From NCBI GenBank assembly GCA_013265495.1, contig MU058366.1, positions 223,694-250,970 of the forward strand: a DNA stretch of 27,277 nt, written 5' to 3'. This document shows, one piece after another, positions 23,090 to 27,277 of the stretch (its first letter is position 1; the number at the start of each line of letters is the position of its first letter). Both the position numbers and the translations under genes were made by a program. The notes beneath the pieces are model-generated. The model saw nothing but the letters and a program-made list of their open reading frames with translations, was not told where the DNA came from and ran no database searches. The stretch is from Vicugna vicugna. Lineage: Eukaryota.

Positions 23090-24160
23090 AAGCCAGAGTG
23101 AAACCGAAATTAGAACAATGGTGAAATTACTTGGATCACACAACTCAGGAGAAAAAGAAATCTAATTTAGACCTTACTTTTTACAGAAAAATGAATTTCC
23201 AAAAGAATTAAACTTTAAATGGTAAAAAATGAAAGCATACAATTAAATAGAAAATATGAAACCATAAAAATAAAAAGAGAAAAAGTGATGAAGAAATTTA
23301 TGCATAATACAAAATCCAGAAGCCATGAATGAATAAAAATGAATCGATGTCTGAATATAAGAAATGTTGAACATATTTATGGCACAAAACACCACGAAAT
23401 CATCAAATTGGGACTCAGTTGGGATAATTACTTATAAGTCAGAGAGTAAATAAAGCAGGATACAAAAAGCAGAAGCCAAAATTAAAAAACCTAATGTCTA
23501 ATTACACAAAAGTATTAAACTCTGTTATGCAAGGAAACATTGTAAATAAGATGAAAGGATAAACAAGTTAGGAAAAAATTAGCAATCCAAATAGTAAACT
23601 AAAGCAAATATCTTTAAAATGCAAAAATAACTCTTAGAAACCAATACAGAACAGACAAACAACCCAGCAGAGAGTTGTACAAATGACAGGAGTGTGGAGT
23701 TCATGGAATAGGAATTATAAACAGCCAGTTTAGTGCATGGTATGAGCCTACTTCTGTTACAAAATATTGTAAATGCTAGTTAATATATCCTAGGAAAAAA
23801 TCTAGAAGAATACACATAAAACTGTTCATAGTAATTAGTGTGGAGATTGAGATTATGAGAAATTTTTACTTTCTGATAACATATTTTGTGTAAAGCATAA
23901 ATGATTTTATACTGGGTATATATTATAGGTGAAAAAAAATTTTAAATCTCTAAGCATCCAGAACTATAAATACACAGTGATTCCAGTTTTGTTTTCCTGC
24001 TTTAAATATACATGCACATACATTTGTAGTTCAAAAAGAAACCTGAAGGAAACCATGAAAGTGTTCACAGTGGTTCTCTCTCAGTGGTGAGATTGTGAAG
24101 GGTATTTCTGGGGGTCATTTTATAAGTTTCTGTAACTGCACAACTTATCCAATAACCATC
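23090..24160 (+). mobile_element. Degenerate ancient L1 fragments
   Basis: A-rich strand with ORF2 3'-like motifs (caaaatccagaagccat, aacccagcagagag, gaattataaacagcc). Confidence 0.55.
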
Positions 24161-24171
24161 TTTTACTTCCA

Positions 24172-24256
24172 TAAATATAAAAAACAATGTTTTAGAGTTA
24201 AATATAAAAAACAATGTTTTAGAGTTAAATATAAAAAACAATGTTTTAGAGTTAAA
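24172..24256 (+). repeat. Perfect 27-bp tandem repeat x3
   Basis: TAAATATAAAAAACAATGTTTTAGAGT at 24172, 24199 and 24226. Confidence 0.97.
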
Positions 24257-24444
24257 AATGCAACAGAGATATTTGATCTTTGCCGGACTGGCGGAAAACC
24301 TGGCACACAAAATAGGATTCATCAAATGGATCATCAACACTAAATTTCAAACGCCTATGAGATTAGATTCACTCCCAAAGCATCAGGTATGCGCTGGCCT
24401 CACCTTGGAGAAGGAGTGTGGCCTTGATTTGATATGACTAGTGC

Positions 24445-25374
24445 CTAGGAGGTACTTTCTTTCCCAAGGACCTTGAACAAAGCCCTCTTCACCGCCTTGT
24501 TTCGCATGCTATAGATGACAGGATTGAGCATGGGAGTGAGGACCATGTACAGCACAGAGAGAACCTGGTCTCTCAAGCTAGAGTATGCAGAGCTGGGAAG
24601 GATGTAGCACAGGACTAAAGTGATGTAGAAAATATAGACCATAGTGATATAAGCGCCACAGGTGGAAAAGGCTTTTCTTCGGCCCTTAGCAGAGTGAATC
24701 CTGAGGACAGCAGCCGGAACATGTATATAGGAGATCACAACCAGAGCACAGGGTGCAAGAGCCGCCGGGAAACTGAAGAAGAACAGTGCAAGTTCGTTGG
24801 CCCATGCTGGAGCAAGAGAGTTTGAGCAGTGGATGGAGATCACAGAAGTGGGTGATAAGGCGAGGCCCACAGAACTTGAGTAGAGCTGTGAGGACAGTGT
24901 GGGTGAGTGCATTGGCCAAAGCAAACAGGCAGGAGATTGAAGCCACTCCTGTCCTGGTCCACTGGCCGATGAGGACTAGGTAGTGCAGTGGCTGGCTGAT
25001 GGCTGCATAGTGGTCATAGGCCATGGACGTGAGCAGGAAGCACTCCTAGGGTGCCAGGAAGTGACAAAAGAATATCTGTGTGAGACAAGCATGGTAGGGC
25101 ATGACCCGCACTGGTGCCAGCAAATGCACTAGAATCTGAAGCACTGTGTTGGAGATATAGGTGGCATCCAGCAGTGAGAGGTTGGCTAAGAAGAAGTACA
25201 TGGGAGTGTGGAGTCAGAAGTCCATTACAATAAGGCTGACAATGCCCAGGTTCCCAGACACAGCCACTATGCAGACCACAGAAAGATGGCAAAGAGCAAA
25301 GGCCTCAACTCCTCTATGTCGGTTAAGCCTTCCAGAAGAAACTGGGACACTAGGGTCCCATTCGCCAGCAGCAT
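24445..25374 (-). pseudogene. Olfactory receptor pseudogene (class II, OR1/OR3-like)
   Basis: MLLANGT..FLLEGL, LHTPMYFFLANLS, MAYDHYAAISQPLHY, HFCDLHPLLKLSCS, KAFSTC, PMLNPVIYSMRNK. Disrupted by a frameshift in TM1 (~25275), TGA at 25216-25214, TAG at 25048-25046 and a second frameshift near 24805. Confidence 0.95.
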
Positions 25375-25782
25375 GAAACCATGCACAGAAACTCAAACCT
25401 GTAGAGCCCAACTCAGAGTCATAGAAGGGTTTATGTTTGGAGCTTCAACTTAGAAAAGGGAAGCAGAGGTGAGGAAACATCCGGAGACCAAGAAGACAGG
25501 TTTCAGGCTTGAAGGGATAACACTCAGAATCGGAGGAATGAAGTTGGGCTCAGGAGGCCAGTGGTAAGGCAGAGGCCAGGAGAATGGAAGTGGTAACCCC
25601 ATCAGCGCCCACACCAGGAAGAGTTGCACAGACCTTGAAATCACAGTGCATGCACATCCTATAAGGATATCAAAGTCAATCTATCAGAAACTTCTGCCTG
25701 AATAAGTGGCCCTGGACCTTGTAATTATCTGAAATGGCCCCATTATTTCACCATCACCAACCGAGCAGAATCCTAACTCAGG

Positions 25783-25818
25783 ATCAGTGATAAGATCAGT
25801 ATCAGTGATAAGATCAGG
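25783..25818 (+). repeat. 18-bp tandem duplication
   Basis: ATCAGTGATAAGATCAG(T/G) x2. Confidence 0.85.
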
Positions 25819-26114
25819 ATCAGGTCCCCCTTTCTCTTGCTTGCTCTGAACCTTTCAGTACCTCCCATCTCATTCAGAGTCAAAGCCAAAGTCCCCCTCA
25901 TGGGCTACCTGGCCCTCTGTGATATTCTCTCTCCTTTCTAATAATCAGGCAAGAGTTTTGTCAGTTCCTTGTCCCATATATCACACCTTCAGACTTACCC
26001 ACAGCAGCAAACATCCTTGCTTATTTCCTGCCTCAGTAGAAGAGGTCTCTGCCCTTCTACCCAAGGCTAATTTCTCTAGCTGATCTCCTCATCTCAGTCC
26101 TTGGCAATCCTTTC

Positions 26115-26550
26115 ACATGTGAATGTACCAAATGCTGCTGAATTGTTTGCTTTAAAATGGTTTATGTTACGTCAATTTTGCCTCAATAAAAAAGAAAGCA
26201 AATAAAGATTTTTTTAGGCATATATAGGCTGAGCTGTTACCAGCAGAAAACCCACACTACAAGAAATATAAAAGACAGTTCTCAAGGAAGGATTATTCCA
26301 GATAGAAACCTGGATCTACACAAAGGAATGAAGAGTCCTAGAAATGGAAAATATGTAGGCAAATACAAATTTTTCTCATTTTAATATTTCTTTCAATTAT
26401 AGCAAACTGCTGTTGAAAGCAAAAACATTAACAACATAGTGTGGGGTTTATAACTTCTGTGGAAATAAAATGTATGACAACGGTACAAAGAACACGGGTG
26501 AGTAATTGAATGTATATTGTTGTAATGTTCTTACATTATATGTGAAATGA
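26115..26550 (+). mobile_element. Ancient L1 fragments (L1MB-like 3' end followed by an ORF1-end-like piece)
   Basis: tgtgaatgtaccaaatgctgctgaattg...cctcaataaaaaa, then ccagcagaaaacccacactacaagaaat...tggatctacacaaaggaatgaagag. Confidence 0.65.
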
Positions 26551-27277
26551 TTTTTTTAACATTTTTTATTGATTTATAATCATTTTACAATGTTGTGTCA
26601 AATTTCCAGTGTTCAGCACAATTTTTCAGTCATTCATGGACATATACACACTCATTGTCACATTTTTTTCTCTGTGAGTTATCATAACATTTTGTGTATA
26701 TTTCCCTGTGCTATATAGTGTAATCTTGTTTATCTATTCTACAATTTTGAAATCCCAGTCTATCCCTTCCCACCCTCCACCCCCCTGGTAACCGCAAGTC
26801 TGTATTCTCTGTCTGTGAGTCTATTTCTCTCCTGTATTTATGCTTTGTTTTTGTTTGTTTGTTTTTGCTTTTGTTTTTTAGATTCCACATATGAGCGATC
26901 TCATATGGTATTTTTCTTTCTCTTTCTGGCTTACTTCACTTAGAATGACATTCTCCAGGAGCATCCATGTTGCTGCAAATGGCATTATGTTGTCGGTTTT
27001 TATGGCTGAATAGTATTCCATTGTATAAATATACCACTTCTTCTTTATCCAGTCATCTGTTGATGGACATTTAGGCTGTTTCCATGTCTTGGCTATTGTG
27101 AATAGTGCTGCTATGAACATTGGGGTGCAGGTGTCATCCTGAAGTAGATTTCCTTCTGGATACAAGCCCAGGAGTGGGATTCCTGGGTCATAGGGTAAGT
27201 CTATTCCTAGTCTTTTGAGGAATCTCCACACTGTTTTCCATAGTGGCTGCACCAAACTGCATTCCCACCAGCAGTGT
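26551..27277 (-). mobile_element. Young LINE-1 3' end (runs off the window)
   Basis: ORF 26878..27255(-) is an intact L1 ORF2p C-terminus (...YTMEYYSAIK...FAATWMLLENVILSEVSQKEKEKYHMRSLICGI), followed by a 3'UTR with a G-rich tract and A-rich tail. Confidence 0.95.

Noticed and set aside
24172..24256. CRISPR-like repeat (units contain GTTTTAGAG, as in type II-A repeats)
   Set aside because: Units are head-to-tail with no spacers, there are no cas genes, and the context is mammalian. It is a simple minisatellite.
24445..24924. 159-aa ORF as a functional olfactory receptor
   Set aside because: Only the TM5-TM7 part is in the receptor frame; the upstream region has two stops and two frameshifts.

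Overview
Mammalian genomic DNA, most likely camelid (judged from the tRNA-derived SINE and young L1 types), from a region equivalent to human Xq28. From left to right: (1) last coding exon and ~2.85 kb 3'UTR of GAB3 (+). (2) A repeat-rich spacer. (3) A 3-exon LAGE3/Pcc1-like gene with open exons (-; join 10204-9984, 9667-9539, 9288-9174; 154 aa). (4) An unprocessed, frameshifted partial copy of the creatine transporter SLC6A8 (-; ~16713-15465). (5) Head-to-head with that fragment, an intact 3-exon CTAG1/CTAG2 (NY-ESO-1/LAGE-1)-like gene (+; join 16935-17302, 17630-17758, 17955-18093; 211 aa) with a 6x octapeptide repeat. (6) An olfactory receptor pseudogene (-; 25374-24445). Both Pcc1-family genes have a U12-type first intron, and the LAGE3-like copy has a non-canonical GCATCCT donor. 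The rest is mostly L1, L2, MIR, MaLR LTR and SINE sequence. Gene identities come from my recognition of protein motifs, not from database searches. Repeat family names and boundaries are approximate.
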